Positions 28,715 through 39,327 of a DNA stretch of 64,000 nt are shown piece after piece. The translations under genes and the position numbers were made by a program. Every line of letters starts with the position of its first letter. Position 1 is the stretch's first letter. The notes beneath the pieces are model-generated. The model was not told the origin of the DNA, did not search any database, and saw nothing but the letters and a program-made list of their open reading frames with translations. Source of the stretch: Nitrospinaceae bacterium (lineage in GTDB: Bacteria; Nitrospinota; Nitrospinia; Nitrospinales; JACRGP01); contig JAJDBD010000085.1 of assembly GCA_029261575.1 (NCBI GenBank), positions 388-64,387 of the forward strand, read 5' to 3'.

Positions 28715-30580
28715 TCATTTCTTCTCGGGAAAAAGTTTTTCCAGCCGGGCGCGGCACCGGGAATCCCTGGACAACGCCGTCATTAATTTTTCATTGACGT
28801 GAAAATTTGGGATGATGATTTTGTTTAAATAATGCATGAAGGCGGCAGAACAGCTTTTAACATCGTGAAATTCGTTGTAGACGGACAGGATGTTTGTCAT
28901 GTTGACGACGCTCACCGCGTCTTTTTTTTCATAGCCCACAAATAACTGCATGGCCAGATCGTAAAACAACTGGCAAAGCTCGTCCAAAGCCCCCTTGAGG
29001 AAAATAAACTTGTTAACGTTTTCTGCCAGAGAGGCGTGGCCAGAATTTAAAACCGTCAAATTCTTTTTGGCCGCTTCCAGCCGGGGCGTAATTTCCTTCC
29101 ATATTTCCGGATTCCGTAGACGTTTTTCCAGCTTGTCGCGAGTCACTTTCTCGGAAATCGTATTTTGGAAATTGGCTAAAATCTGGGCCGCCAGTTTGAC
29201 CCTTTCCGGATAGGATTTTCGTTGGTTTTCCTCGATTTCCTTATCGCAATTTTTCATCAACCCCAAAAAGGCTTTTTTATCGACAGGCTGGTCCAACTGG
29301 ACTTTATTGGTGAATTGGCCTATTTGCTGAAACAGAATTTGCCGGGTTTCATGGGGATACCAAAAATTAATTTCCTGAACGACTATATTGATTCTCTCCA
29401 AAATATTCCGCCCATAACTTTTTTCCAGGTGAGGGGTTATGTGCAGGGTGATATCGTCCGCGTCTTTTTCCAAGACTGCGACGTTGAAATCTCCTTTGGA
29501 GATTTTTTCCACAACAAAATCTATTCGACGGAAAGCGATGGTTTTCTCGTCCATATGCTTTTTTAATTCATTCAGCAATTCATCAATTTTATCTTTTTCA
29601 TTGGCGAGCCTGGCTTCCAAAGCCTCGCGCATACGATTAAATTCCACAAGGTTGTAAAAAATCAGGAGTTTTTGCGATCTCCCAAAATCGTCAAAAAGTT
29701 CCTTGGCTTTTTTATACTCCTTCCGGTAGGAGTATTTCCTGCCGACCACTTTAATCATCGATCCAAGAAGCGTATTAAAATAAAAAATATCATTGGCCCT
29801 GGAAATGCGGGCATATTCGTCCATGGTTAAACTGGGAATCAACGCCTCGATATCGGGTTCGTGACGTTTTTCAATTAAAAGTGGATGAATGGCGGCGCCA
29901 ATTTCCTTGAGGCATTGGCTGATGAGCCTGTAATCTTCGGTGTGATTTTCATAAAACTGGTACCTTGAAAACAGCTTGTTTTCGGTTCTCAACTGGTTGT
30001 AACCGGAAACATTTCCCTCGTCGCCCTCGTAGCCGAATAAAAACTCGTGAAAGGAAATTTCATACTCCCTGAACTTCGCTAAAAGCTTTTCCAACTCGGG
30101 CATGATAGAAACGGCGACGTTGTCAACCCTTCCATAATGATTTTCCAGAAACTCAATTTCATGCTGAATGTTTGGAAAAATAAAATTTATGAGGCCCGCA
30201 ACGGTTTCCAAACTTTTAAAAATTTCCTGTTTATATAAATCCAGTTTGGTGGCATATTGTTCTTCCGCCATTGCGGCAATTTCGTTCTTTGTTTTTTGAA
30301 TCCAGCCGTCGATTTTAAGAAGCGTTTCCAAACGTTCCTGAAATATTTTATCGTCGGGTTTGAATTTTTCGGGATAGCTTTTTATGATTACAGGAATGGA
30401 TAAGACTTCTTTTCGACAAGTTTCCACCCTGGATAAAAGCCGGGATTTTTCTTCTTCGGGGGCGCGATGGTCGGATTCAATGGAATCGGATTCCTTGATT
30501 TTTTCCAACAGCAAACCAAACTGGTTTTCCAGTGCGGTGAAGGCTTCTTCAAACTGAGTGATTTTATCCGCGTCGATCAT
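28715..30580 (-). CDS. hypothetical all-helical protein
   Basis: 621 aa ORF, Glu/Lys/Leu-rich, no recognised motif. Confidence 0.8.
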   Translation of the reverse strand: MIDADKITQFEEAFTALENQFGLLLEKIKESDSIESDHRAPEEEKSRLLSRVETCRKEVLSIPVIIKSYPEKFKPDDKIFQERLETLLKIDGWIQKTKNEIAAMAEEQYATKLDLYKQEIFKSLETVAGLINFIFPNIQHEIEFLENHYGRVDNVAVSIMPELEKLLAKFREYEISFHEFLFGYEGDEGNVSGYNQLRTENKLFSRYQFYENHTEDYRLISQCLKEIGAAIHPLLIEKRHEPDIEALIPSLTMDEYARISRANDIFYFNTLLGSMIKVVGRKYSYRKEYKKAKELFDDFGRSQKLLIFYNLVEFNRMREALEARLANEKDKIDELLNELKKHMDEKTIAFRRIDFVVEKISKGDFNVAVLEKDADDITLHITPHLEKSYGRNILERINIVVQEINFWYPHETRQILFQQIGQFTNKVQLDQPVDKKAFLGLMKNCDKEIEENQRKSYPERVKLAAQILANFQNTISEKVTRDKLEKRLRNPEIWKEITPRLEAAKKNLTVLNSGHASLAENVNKFIFLKGALDELCQLFYDLAMQLFVGYEKKDAVSVVNMTNILSVYNEFHDVKSCSAAFMHYLNKIIIPNFHVNEKLMTALSRDSRCRARLEKLFPEKK

Positions 30581-30679
30581 CCGGCAAACCGTTTTTTATT
30601 TTAGATACTTACGATTTTAACGCATCCGCCCCACTTGAGGCGTCAAGATTTTGAAAATATTACAGGAAATGGCAATTTA

Positions 30680-30877
30680 ATGAAAAAAGTATTTCGCTTT
30701 TTATTAAAATTTGAAGCCGCTGACGGCGTCACCCATATTGCCGAGTTCGGAACCTTGGAAGATTGCCGAAGCTTCCAAAAAGAACTCGATTCCGAAAACC
30801 TCCCCAACAAACTGGTGAACGTCAAGGAATTAAAAGCCGCCCTGTACAATAAAATCAACTATATTGATTTGAGATGA
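30680..30877 (+). CDS. small hypothetical protein
   Basis: 65 aa ORF upstream of murJ with protein-like composition. Confidence 0.55.
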   Translation: MKKVFRFLLKFEAADGVTHIAEFGTLEDCRSFQKELDSENLPNKLVNVKELKAALYNKINYIDLR

Positions 30878-30959
30878 ACGCTATTTTGAAACGCTCCATG
30901 CCGCAATGGGAACAAGAATGGTGAATTTAGAGAACGTCTTCCACGCGTCCTGCCGTTGA

Positions 30960-32552
30960 ATGGAAAGCCATAAAAATGTAAGCCGCGCCGCCGGAACCGT
31001 AGGCGGCATGACACTTGTCTCCCGCCTGTTCGGATTCCTTCGCGACGCCGTGATTGCCATGATGTACGGAGCGTCGTCTTCCGCAGACGCTTTTTTTGTC
31101 GCCTTTCGCATCCCCAATCTGCAACGTCGGCTTTTAGGCGAGGGCGCGATAGGCTCCGCTTTCATCCCCGTATTCAGCCAGTACCTGGGCGAAAAATCGG
31201 AAAAGGAAGCTTGGAATCTTGCCGCCTCCCTGTTCAATATCCTCGTCCTTTTTCTGACCGCAACCACAGCGTTGATTTATTTTTTCGCCCCGTGGGTGAT
31301 CGCTGTTTTTGCCCCGGGATTTTTGGACCAACCGGACAAATTCGACTTGGCCGTTCAGCTCACCCGCTGGATGTCGCCGTTTTTAATTTGTATCGGATTG
31401 GCGGCGTTTTGCATGGGCGTCCTGAACAGTTTTAAAGTCTTCGCCCTTTCCGCCGCAGCGCCGACGATATTAAATATTTCCATGATTTTAGCGGCCTTGT
31501 TTCTGACGCCTTATTTTGACGAACCCATCCTGGCCCTTGCCGTCGGGGTTTTAATAGGCGGATGCATCCAATTCGCCGTTCAATTCTGGGCCGTGTTAAA
31601 AAAAGGATTTCGGTTTGTTTCCGGATTCAACTGGAGAAACCCCGGTATCGTCAGAATCGGGAAACTGATTCTGCCCGCAATTTTTGGCCTGGCTGTGTAC
31701 GAAGTCAACATCATGGTCGACACTTTACTGGCCTCCCTTCTAGCCGAAGGTTCTATTTCTTACCTCTATTACGCCAACCGCCTGGTCCAACTGCCCATGG
31801 GAGTTTTTGCCGTCGCCCTGAGCGTGGCGATACTCCCCACCCTATCCGATCAAGCGGCGAAAAATAATTTTTCGGAACTGATCCAGACGCTTAATTTCGG
31901 AATCCGTCTGATATTATTCATCACCATCCCCTCCATGGCGGGCCTGGTAATATTGCGCTTTCCCATCGTCAACGCCCTGTGGGAGAGAGGCGAGTTCGAC
32001 CGCGCCACCACCGATGGAACGGCCTTCGCCCTGCTGTTTTATTCTCTGGGGTTGTGCGCGTTTGCCGGAATCAAAGTCGTGGTCGCCGCTTTTTATTCGC
32101 TTCAGGACACAAAAACTCCGGCCAGAATCGGGATCTACGCGATGCTATTGAACATCGTCTTTTGCCTGCTTCTGATGGGACCGCTGGCGCATGGCGGATT
32201 GGCGCTGGCAACCACCCTATCCTCCTTGTTCAACGTCGGCGCGCTGGTCTTTATCCTGAAAAAAAGATTCGGCCTGATAGGCGGAAAAAAGATCGTCGCT
32301 TCTATAGGAAAGACCTCGCTTTCCACATTGCTTATGGGCGCCGCCGTGTACTTTTTTAACGACGCCTTTTATAATCCAGACGCCGTTCTTCTCGTTAAAT
32401 TGACCGTCTTGGCGGCAACGATATTTTTAGGCGTTGGTTTATTCCTGGCGATTTCGTCGCTCCTTAAAAACGAAGAACTGACATTTCTCAAAAAAATGTT
32501 TCGCGAAAGAAAATCCGCCGACCCTGCCCTTCAGAATGATTACAACGATTAG
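30960..32552 (+). CDS. murJ: lipid II flippase MurJ
   Basis: SRLFGFLRD, AFRIPNLQRRLLGEGA, YANRLVQLPMG, FYSLQDTKTP; multi-TM. Confidence 0.96.
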   Translation: MESHKNVSRAAGTVGGMTLVSRLFGFLRDAVIAMMYGASSSADAFFVAFRIPNLQRRLLGEGAIGSAFIPVFSQYLGEKSEKEAWNLAASLFNILVLFLTATTALIYFFAPWVIAVFAPGFLDQPDKFDLAVQLTRWMSPFLICIGLAAFCMGVLNSFKVFALSAAAPTILNISMILAALFLTPYFDEPILALAVGVLIGGCIQFAVQFWAVLKKGFRFVSGFNWRNPGIVRIGKLILPAIFGLAVYEVNIMVDTLLASLLAEGSISYLYYANRLVQLPMGVFAVALSVAILPTLSDQAAKNNFSELIQTLNFGIRLILFITIPSMAGLVILRFPIVNALWERGEFDRATTDGTAFALLFYSLGLCAFAGIKVVVAAFYSLQDTKTPARIGIYAMLLNIVFCLLLMGPLAHGGLALATTLSSLFNVGALVFILKKRFGLIGGKKIVASIGKTSLSTLLMGAAVYFFNDAFYNPDAVLLVKLTVLAATIFLGVGLFLAISSLLKNEELTFLKKMFRERKSADPALQNDYND

Positions 32553-32635
32553 ATTTGACGCCGAACCGGGCAACGATTAACGTAAGGCCGTTTTAGCTTT
32601 TATAAACGCCGTTAATTTTTCCAAGAGATAAAACT

Positions 32636-33250
32636 ATGATATTGGCTTGTTTGGATTTGGAGGGAGTGCTGGTTCCCGAAATATGGATCGCCTTTGCCGA
32701 GAAAACCGGGATCGAAAAATTGCGCCTGACCACCCGTGATATTCCCGACTACGACGAATTGATGAAAGGCCGGCTGAAAATTCTGGACGAAAATAATCTG
32801 AAGTTGGACGATATCCAAGAGGTGATTCGCGGCATTTCTCCGCTGGAGGGAGCGCGGGAATTTCTCGATTGGTTGCGAACCGAATATCAGGCGATTATTC
32901 TCTCCGACACCTTTTATGAATTTGCCGGTCCGTTAATGGCTCAGCTTGGATACCCCACTCTGTTTTGCAATTTCCTGGAAGTCGGCAAAAACGGCGCGAT
33001 TAAAAACTATCGCCTGCGGCAATCCGACGGCAAAACCAAAGCGGTGCGGGCTTTCAAGAATCTGAATTTTAAAACGGTCGCGGCGGGCGATTCTTATAAC
33101 GACACGGGGATGCTTCAAGAAGCCGACGACGGCATTTTTTTCCGGCCGCCCGAAAGCATTGTCGAGGAGTTTCCTCAATTCCAGGTGACCAGAACCTTCC
33201 CCGAGCTTCGCGAAGCTTTCCTCAACAGCAAAAAAACGATTTTAGCCTAA
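32636..33250 (+). CDS. thrH: phosphoserine phosphatase/homoserine phosphotransferase
   Basis: ACLDLEGVLVPEIW, LTTRDIPDYDELM, AGDSYND. Confidence 0.95.
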   Translation: MILACLDLEGVLVPEIWIAFAEKTGIEKLRLTTRDIPDYDELMKGRLKILDENNLKLDDIQEVIRGISPLEGAREFLDWLRTEYQAIILSDTFYEFAGPLMAQLGYPTLFCNFLEVGKNGAIKNYRLRQSDGKTKAVRAFKNLNFKTVAAGDSYNDTGMLQEADDGIFFRPPESIVEEFPQFQVTRTFPELREAFLNSKKTILA

Positions 33251-33297
33251 CAATTTGTTAGAGCCTCTAGTCATTCGATATTTTAAACCAGGGACTT

Positions 33298-33321
33298 GCG
33301 ACCCTTATTTCATAAGGGCCG
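33298..33321. terminator. hairpin between convergent thrH and SH3 genes
   Basis: CCCTTAT-TTC-ATAAGGG core extended by GCG/CGC; no adjacent U-tract. Confidence 0.45.
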
Positions 33322-33353
33322 CTCGTGCCCGTGAAAGCTTTTTTAAAGTCCGC

Positions 33354-33866
33354 TCATTTAACCCTGGCGGTTAAAAGCGAGCTGTAAACCCAACCGGTTT
33401 TGTCCTTATACTTGATCTTTGACCAATTGTTGACGGTCTCCAATACTTTCACTTCCGACCCCTTTTTTATAGCCTGCACAATCTTGCTTTCCATGCTTCC
33501 TCTATCGCGAAGATTGGCCCAGTCCACATTGATAAAATGGCGGACCTCGAAATCTTCATCCTGAGACAGGGTTTGGGCAGGATTTTGAGTCGGCGGGGTG
33601 GAGCTTCCTTTAAAATAGCCCGCGAGATCGACGTCCATCTCGTAAACCACCAGGGCGGAAAATAGCAGGACCAAAACAAAAATTCTGGCGGTGGTCTGCC
33701 CCCCGGTCAATTCGACCTCCGGGTGTTCCTCCGGCAAAACCGGCGGCCCGCAGTTTGGGCAAAAAATGGCCTTTGGAGGCACCGGCTCCCCGCAGGCCGT
33801 GCAGTCGACGGAGTTTCGCGGCTGGGACTCTAACAAGCGTATGTGACTGGCTTTTTCGGGCGTCAT
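33354..33866 (-). CDS. zinc-ribbon + TM + bacterial SH3 domain protein
   Basis: CTAC..CPNC; TM helix; ANLRDRGS..WSKIKY..GWVYSSLL. Confidence 0.85.
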   Translation of the reverse strand: MTPEKASHIRLLESQPRNSVDCTACGEPVPPKAIFCPNCGPPVLPEEHPEVELTGGQTTARIFVLVLLFSALVVYEMDVDLAGYFKGSSTPPTQNPAQTLSQDEDFEVRHFINVDWANLRDRGSMESKIVQAIKKGSEVKVLETVNNWSKIKYKDKTGWVYSSLLTARVK

Positions 33867-35393
33867 TTAATTCAGATTCTGCAAGCGATAAATCGCTCCA
33901 TATTTTTTTCTTAAATATTCCATAAACTGATTGGGATCCAGGGCGCTCCCCGTGACCCTTTGAACCAATTCCCCGGTGGAATGCAAACGGCCCTGGGAAT
34001 GTATGTTTTTATTCAGCCAGGATTTTATTTCCTGAAAGTTACCGCTCTCAATCCACTGGTCCAACTTCGGCGCGGATTTTCTGAGCGCATTATAAAACTG
34101 ACAGGCATACATGGCCCCCAGCGAATAGGAAGGGAAATAACCGAAAGCCCCGCCGCTCCAATGCACGTCCTGCAAAACGCCCTCGGTATCGTTGGGCGGG
34201 CGGACGCCCAGATACTCTTCCATTTTGTCGTTCCAGATTGCCGGTAAATCGCAAACCTTCATTGATCCGTCAAACAGCCCCTTTTCGATTTCATACCTCA
34301 AAATAACGTGCAATGGATAGGTCGTTTCGTCCGCCTCCACACGGATTAACGAGGGGCGGCTGACATTGATCGCCTCGTAAAATTGATCCAAACCAACGTT
34401 TTTTAAGTTTTCAGGAAACGTTGCGGCGAACAGGTTCAGGTAATGACTGCAGAAACTTTTGCTTTGCGCGATCATTCTTTCCCAGAACAAGGATTGGGAT
34501 TCGTGGATCCCCATGGTCATGGATTCGCCGGAAGGCAGGTCGCCCTCTTCCAGCCGCCGCCCCTGCTCGTATAAACCATGACCGGTTTCGTGAATCACCG
34601 CGTATAAAGATTCCGCGAAATTATCCCGCCGGTAGCGGGTGGTGATGCGAACGTCGGTGGCGTGCCCGCCGCCGCAAAAAGGATGCACCGAAACGTCCAT
34701 CCTTCCTTTGTCAAACTGGAAACCAATGTCCCGGCTGATGGTTCGTCCAAGTTCTTCCTGTTTATCGATAGGAAAATCGCCGTTCAAAAATGAATCGTCG
34801 GGTTGATAATCGCTTTCCTGAATGGCCTGGATCAAGGGAACCAAATCGGCTTTCAACGTTTTAAAAACCGGATCGATTTGATCCATGGAAGCTCCGCGCT
34901 CGTAAACGTCGATGTTGACGTCGTACGGAGCTTTATGGGAATCGATGTGGTCGGCCCATTTTTTTTTGAGTTCCACGAATTTCTCGATCACGGGAGCAAA
35001 ATCAGAAAACCTGTTTTGTTCCCTGGCTTTTATCCAAACGTGATGACCGCGCGACTCCAACTCGCTTATCTCCTCGACCAGTTCCTTTGGGACTTTGGTT
35101 TCCATATCGAAATCACGTTTAGCCTCGCGAAGGTTGCACCTTTGAATGGCGTCGAAGTCGTCGGGATCGGCGGAGTGGAGAGCGTCGATTAAGCGCCCCA
35201 ATTCGGGGTCCGTGGACTTTTCATGAATCACCCCGGCCAAGGCGGCCATTTGTTTGGAACGGGCGACATACCCTCCCTCGGGCAAAATAACCTCCTGATC
35301 CCAATGCAAAATCCCCCTCACCCCGCCCAGTCGGGAAATTTCTTCCAACCGTTTGACCAGTTGGTCATAGTTATTTTTTGTTTGATCGTTCAT
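33867..35393 (-). CDS. M32 carboxypeptidase (Taq-type)
   Basis: HPF, DVRITTRY, HETGH, HESQS, IRVEADE, QDVHW, GYFPSY. Confidence 0.95.
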   Translation of the reverse strand: MNDQTKNNYDQLVKRLEEISRLGGVRGILHWDQEVILPEGGYVARSKQMAALAGVIHEKSTDPELGRLIDALHSADPDDFDAIQRCNLREAKRDFDMETKVPKELVEEISELESRGHHVWIKAREQNRFSDFAPVIEKFVELKKKWADHIDSHKAPYDVNIDVYERGASMDQIDPVFKTLKADLVPLIQAIQESDYQPDDSFLNGDFPIDKQEELGRTISRDIGFQFDKGRMDVSVHPFCGGGHATDVRITTRYRRDNFAESLYAVIHETGHGLYEQGRRLEEGDLPSGESMTMGIHESQSLFWERMIAQSKSFCSHYLNLFAATFPENLKNVGLDQFYEAINVSRPSLIRVEADETTYPLHVILRYEIEKGLFDGSMKVCDLPAIWNDKMEEYLGVRPPNDTEGVLQDVHWSGGAFGYFPSYSLGAMYACQFYNALRKSAPKLDQWIESGNFQEIKSWLNKNIHSQGRLHSTGELVQRVTGSALDPNQFMEYLRKKYGAIYRLQNLN

Positions 35394-35488
35394 AAATCCT
35401 TTCGATGAAAAAAATCATTTTAGCGGTTATTTTAAATGTCCCAAAATTTATTTCCCTGCAATTTAAACTATTTTTATGATTTTGCTCG

Positions 35489-35517
35489 TTGACTTTTTAA
35501 CATCAAAACAGTATTAT
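35489..35517 (+). promoter_or_regulatory. sigma70 promoter of the iron-uptake operon
   Basis: TTGACT-17 nt-TATTAT. Confidence 0.75.
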
Positions 35518-35537
35518 TGATAACAATTCTCATTATT
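35518..35537. promoter_or_regulatory. Fur box
   Basis: TGATAAC-A-ATTCTCA matches the 7-1-7 consensus at 12/14; GATAACAATTCTCATTATT matches the 19-mer at 14/19; lies right after the -10. Confidence 0.8.
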
Positions 35538-35617
35538 AAAAAATCAGTTCAAGCTGTTTTAATAGCAATTTTAATCCGGCTTTGGCCTTTCCTTTCAACT
35601 ATTTTGCAAGTGGATAT

Positions 35618-37723
35618 ATGAAACAAATTATCTTTCTCCTTTGGACCTTTTTGATACTATCCGGAACAAATTCTCCCGCCTTCGCAAAAAGCCAATCCAC
35701 CGAAACGACCGTCAAAAAAATCGTGATGATGCTGGATATTGTCGTCAAAGAGTACAAAGAAGGCATTTCCGAAGGAAAAATAATAAATGAAGCCGAATAC
35801 GAAGAAAGCCGATTGTTTTTAGAGCAAGCCCAGGAAAGATTCGGGCGGGTCTCCGAGAGCCTGGATAAATCCTCGGAGCCGGTCAAACAAAAGTTTTCCG
35901 AAGTCGAGGTCAAAATAAAATCAAAAACCAACCCCGACCAGATTCAAATAGACGTCGAGCAAATCCAGTCGGAAATTTTAAATTTGTTTGGAGTGAAAAT
36001 CGAATACGCTCCCAGGGAACCGGTTTCACTGGACCAAGGCAAATTAATTTACGAATCCAATTGCAAGGTCTGCCATGGCTTGACCGGAAAGGGCGATGGA
36101 CCCATTGCGTCTCAACTGGACCCGCGGCCCGCGATTTTGGCCAACCCTGCAATCACCGGCGACGCGGAGACAACCGCCTACGATAATTTTAAGATCATCA
36201 ATGTTGGCATTGCCGGAACGGGAATGACCGACTGGTCGAAAGTCCTGTCGGAAACCGACATTTGGAATGTTTCCTATTACATCCGTACTTTTTCCAACGA
36301 GAACGTGAAACTGCCGTCCGTTTCCGCCCTGGGCGGCGACCCGGACAAAGAATATCAAGCCATATTGACCGAGGTAGAAAACGTTCTGGATCGCAGCCTG
36401 GAATCCTTTAAAAATTCCCAAATCCAGGACGCGGGGGAACAGGCTTCCGACTCTTACCTGGTTTACGAAAAGGTGGAACGGAATCTGTTGACTAAGCGAA
36501 AGGAACTGGCCCTGCGACTGGAATCGGCATTCGGCAGGTACCAGGGAGAGATCAAACGAAAGGCGTCGCTGGAACAGGTTCAGGGAATATACCAAAACAT
36601 TAAAAACGACCTGGAACTTGCCCGCGAGGCCCTGGATAAAAACGTCGGTTTTTCCGGACTGTTCATTCAATCGCTTTCCATTATCGTCCGCGAGGGTTTC
36701 GAAGCCATATTGGTGATCGCCGCCCTAATCACTTTTCTGGTCAAATCCCGAAACAAAGACAAGACCAAATCAATTTGGATCGGGATGGGGCTTGGAATAT
36801 TTGCCAGTTTTATCACCGCATACATTCTTCAAGAAATCCTTGAGGTGTCCTCCGAAAACAAGGAAGTGATGGAAGGCTGGATCATGTTGATTTCCGTGGC
36901 AGTCCTTTTTTGGGTCAGCTACTGGTTGATTTCAAAAATCCAGACCCACCGATGGCAAAGCTATATCACGAGCAAAATGCAGGAAGTCGTTTCCACTGGA
37001 AGCGCGTATACCCTGGGGCTGGTGGCGTTTCTTTCCGTTTACCGCGAAGGATTCGAGACCGTGCTTTTTTACAAAGCGCTCTATACCTATTCCGGAACCG
37101 AGACCGGCGGCATCCTTCCCGGATTTTTTGCGGGATGCGTTATCCTGATCGTGGTTTTTTACGCCATCAACAAACTGGGGTTGAGAATTCCCGTAAAATG
37201 GTTCTTCACCGTCACCAGCATTTTTCTCTATTACATGGCCTTCACCTTCATGGGCAAAGGCTTGCACGAGTTGCAAATGGGCCAATTATTGGTCATGACT
37301 CCGGTTCCGTGGGCGCCAGAGGCGCACTGGTTGGGCATGTACCCCACCCTGGAAACCTTTGCGGGTCAGTTTGTTCTGATCGCCGCCTTTGTCTTCGCCC
37401 TGATTTATACCTTTATCATCAAATCGCAAATAAAAACTCAGGAAATTAAAAACGAAACCCGTAGTTTATTTTCGGGTATTTCTGCGGTTCACGACCTGGT
37501 CAATCACATATCAAACCATACCAAGCGATGCGAATTATTCCTAAAGGATACCCAGGACCAGGACTTGAAAGAACTGGCCATTCATCTTGGAGAAATCCAC
37601 GACAAGGTCCATGAGCTTTCCGATCACGTTCGTTATGTGGAAAGCCAATTGATGGATGAATACGACGAACTGGATCTTGCTATATCCCAGGATTCCGCCA
37701 AGGAGGCCAAGGAATTGCCTTGA
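35618..37723 (+). CDS. cytochrome c / FTR1 family iron permease with extra His-rich C-terminal domain
   Basis: signal peptide; CKVCH heme motif; two REGFE motifs; about 7 TM helices. Confidence 0.92.
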   Translation: MKQIIFLLWTFLILSGTNSPAFAKSQSTETTVKKIVMMLDIVVKEYKEGISEGKIINEAEYEESRLFLEQAQERFGRVSESLDKSSEPVKQKFSEVEVKIKSKTNPDQIQIDVEQIQSEILNLFGVKIEYAPREPVSLDQGKLIYESNCKVCHGLTGKGDGPIASQLDPRPAILANPAITGDAETTAYDNFKIINVGIAGTGMTDWSKVLSETDIWNVSYYIRTFSNENVKLPSVSALGGDPDKEYQAILTEVENVLDRSLESFKNSQIQDAGEQASDSYLVYEKVERNLLTKRKELALRLESAFGRYQGEIKRKASLEQVQGIYQNIKNDLELAREALDKNVGFSGLFIQSLSIIVREGFEAILVIAALITFLVKSRNKDKTKSIWIGMGLGIFASFITAYILQEILEVSSENKEVMEGWIMLISVAVLFWVSYWLISKIQTHRWQSYITSKMQEVVSTGSAYTLGLVAFLSVYREGFETVLFYKALYTYSGTETGGILPGFFAGCVILIVVFYAINKLGLRIPVKWFFTVTSIFLYYMAFTFMGKGLHELQMGQLLVMTPVPWAPEAHWLGMYPTLETFAGQFVLIAAFVFALIYTFIIKSQIKTQEIKNETRSLFSGISAVHDLVNHISNHTKRCELFLKDTQDQDLKELAIHLGEIHDKVHELSDHVRYVESQLMDEYDELDLAISQDSAKEAKELP

Positions 37724-39297
37724 AGGTCCGTTCCTCAAAACAATCCAGAATATGGCACAAGTGGACGGGATTGGTATCGAGTATTTTTGTGTTTATATTG
37801 TGCGTTTCCGGCATTCCCCTCATGCATTACGAGGAATGGAATCTTGCCGACGTCCGCGTTTCCAGCCGCTACCTTCCTAAAAAATATTTTCAGGTCAAGG
37901 GACAAAATCCAACCATCCAGGCCCTGGCCGTTTCCCCTTCCAATCCTTCCCTCCTGTTCGCCGGAGCCAACCACGGTTTGTTCAAATCCATGGACGGCGG
38001 GCAAACCTGGGAACCCAAAAACGAAGGACTTTTTAATCTCGACGTTCATTCCATAACTCTCGATCCGGCGCGTGCCGGCGTCGTCTATCTGGGAACGGGA
38101 AAGGGGATTTTCAAGTCGGAGAACGACGGGGAAAACTGGACGCAATGGTTCGAAGAGTCTACGGGACTTCCCGGAGGGAGAGTCAATCACATTTTATTGG
38201 ACCCACGCGACCCGGATACTTTATACGCCTCCACGTCCGACGGTTTTTATCTGTCCGACGACAGTGGAGAGTTCTGGGTGCAAAAGTCTGCTGGCGACTT
38301 GCCTGGAAATGGCCTGGACGTTCGAGCGGCGCGGTTTTTATTTCCCGACAAAAATGATCTGTTCATTGGTACGGACGCCGGCGCTTTTCGTCGCGAGGAT
38401 GGAGGCGATTCCTGGGAAAGAAAATGGACCGAGGGGCCGGAAAGGATTCTGGATTTTATATCGACCGGCGCCGATTCCGAATTTTTTTATGTCGGAACGG
38501 AGAATGGATTTTATAAATCCTTCAATAAAGGGGTTCACTGGATTCAGGATAAAACCTTTGAGGACCTTGCCGTTTCGCAAGTCTATTTGGATCCTCTCAA
38601 CCCTTCGGCTTTATACCTGGTCGCGGGGGGTGGGATTTATTTCAGCGCCGACGGCGGCGACCGCTGGCAAACAAGTTTCCCGGACCGCGACACAATCAAG
38701 GGCGACTTCACCCCGTCTCCGGATTTGACCGCGACGAAATTCCTCATCACTGCCGGCCCAAAACCTGTATGGTTTTTGGGATCCACAGGCGGGTTACTGC
38801 TTTCTTACGATCAGGGCGCGACCTGGATTCCGAAGCGCCTGGAAGTTGCGGGTAACAAAAACGGCGAACCGGAAAAGACCATGGATATGGTCAAACTGTT
38901 CACCGAGATTCATACCGGCAGGATATTCGGCTCTTATGCTTATCTGCTCGTCGACGTCGCCACCCTGGGATTGATTTTTTTAATTTTTACCGGAATAAAA
39001 ATCAGCTTTCATAGAAGGCAGGCAGCCCAGAAAATCCAGAAAAAACTTTTGGAGGCGCAAGACGAAGAGGATGCGGTGGACGCGCTAATAAACGTTCAGG
39101 AAACCGCTTACGATCTCTCCAGGGAAAGCAGTCAAATCCACGACATGATCGAACAGATCGAAGATCATTTAGGGAAATGTAAAAACGTTTATATGAAAAA
39201 GGAAAAGAAGGAAATTGAGGAAGTCGATCGCCACGTCCATATTCTGGACGCCAAGATACAGGGGCTTATGAGCCGATTGAAAGAACTTGGGGAATGA
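37720..39297 (+). CDS. PepSY-associated-TM protein with periplasmic Asp-box beta-propeller
   Basis: WHKWTGL..SGIPLMH and [14 protein letters not shown] helices; seven S-x-D/N-x-G-x-x-W-like repeats; TTGA overlap with upstream stop. Confidence 0.85.
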   Translation: MKVRSSKQSRIWHKWTGLVSSIFVFILCVSGIPLMHYEEWNLADVRVSSRYLPKKYFQVKGQNPTIQALAVSPSNPSLLFAGANHGLFKSMDGGQTWEPKNEGLFNLDVHSITLDPARAGVVYLGTGKGIFKSENDGENWTQWFEESTGLPGGRVNHILLDPRDPDTLYASTSDGFYLSDDSGEFWVQKSAGDLPGNGLDVRAARFLFPDKNDLFIGTDAGAFRREDGGDSWERKWTEGPERILDFISTGADSEFFYVGTENGFYKSFNKGVHWIQDKTFEDLAVSQVYLDPLNPSALYLVAGGGIYFSADGGDRWQTSFPDRDTIKGDFTPSPDLTATKFLITAGPKPVWFLGSTGGLLLSYDQGATWIPKRLEVAGNKNGEPEKTMDMVKLFTEIHTGRIFGSYAYLLVDVATLGLIFLIFTGIKISFHRRQAAQKIQKKLLEAQDEEDAVDALINVQETAYDLSRESSQIHDMIEQIEDHLGKCKNVYMKKEKKEIEEVDRHVHILDAKIQGLMSRLKELGE

Positions 39298-39318
39298 TCA
39301 ACTTGTTAACAAGTTGAT
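39297..39318. repeat. perfect 22 bp palindrome
   Basis: ATCAACTTGTTAACAAGTTGAT equals its own reverse complement; lies between convergent stops. Confidence 0.9.
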
Positions 39319-39327
39319 AAGCGCGAA

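Noticed and set aside
20335-32574. Short AACCGGG(G)CAAC motif in three spacers (about 20335 on minus, 26736, 32563)
   Set aside because: Only 11-12 bp with no shared flanks; cannot be distinguished from chance by eye.
38833-38843. AAGCGCCTGGA match to the repeat core inside the PepSY gene
   Set aside because: Short, within coding sequence, and lacks the second palindrome arm.
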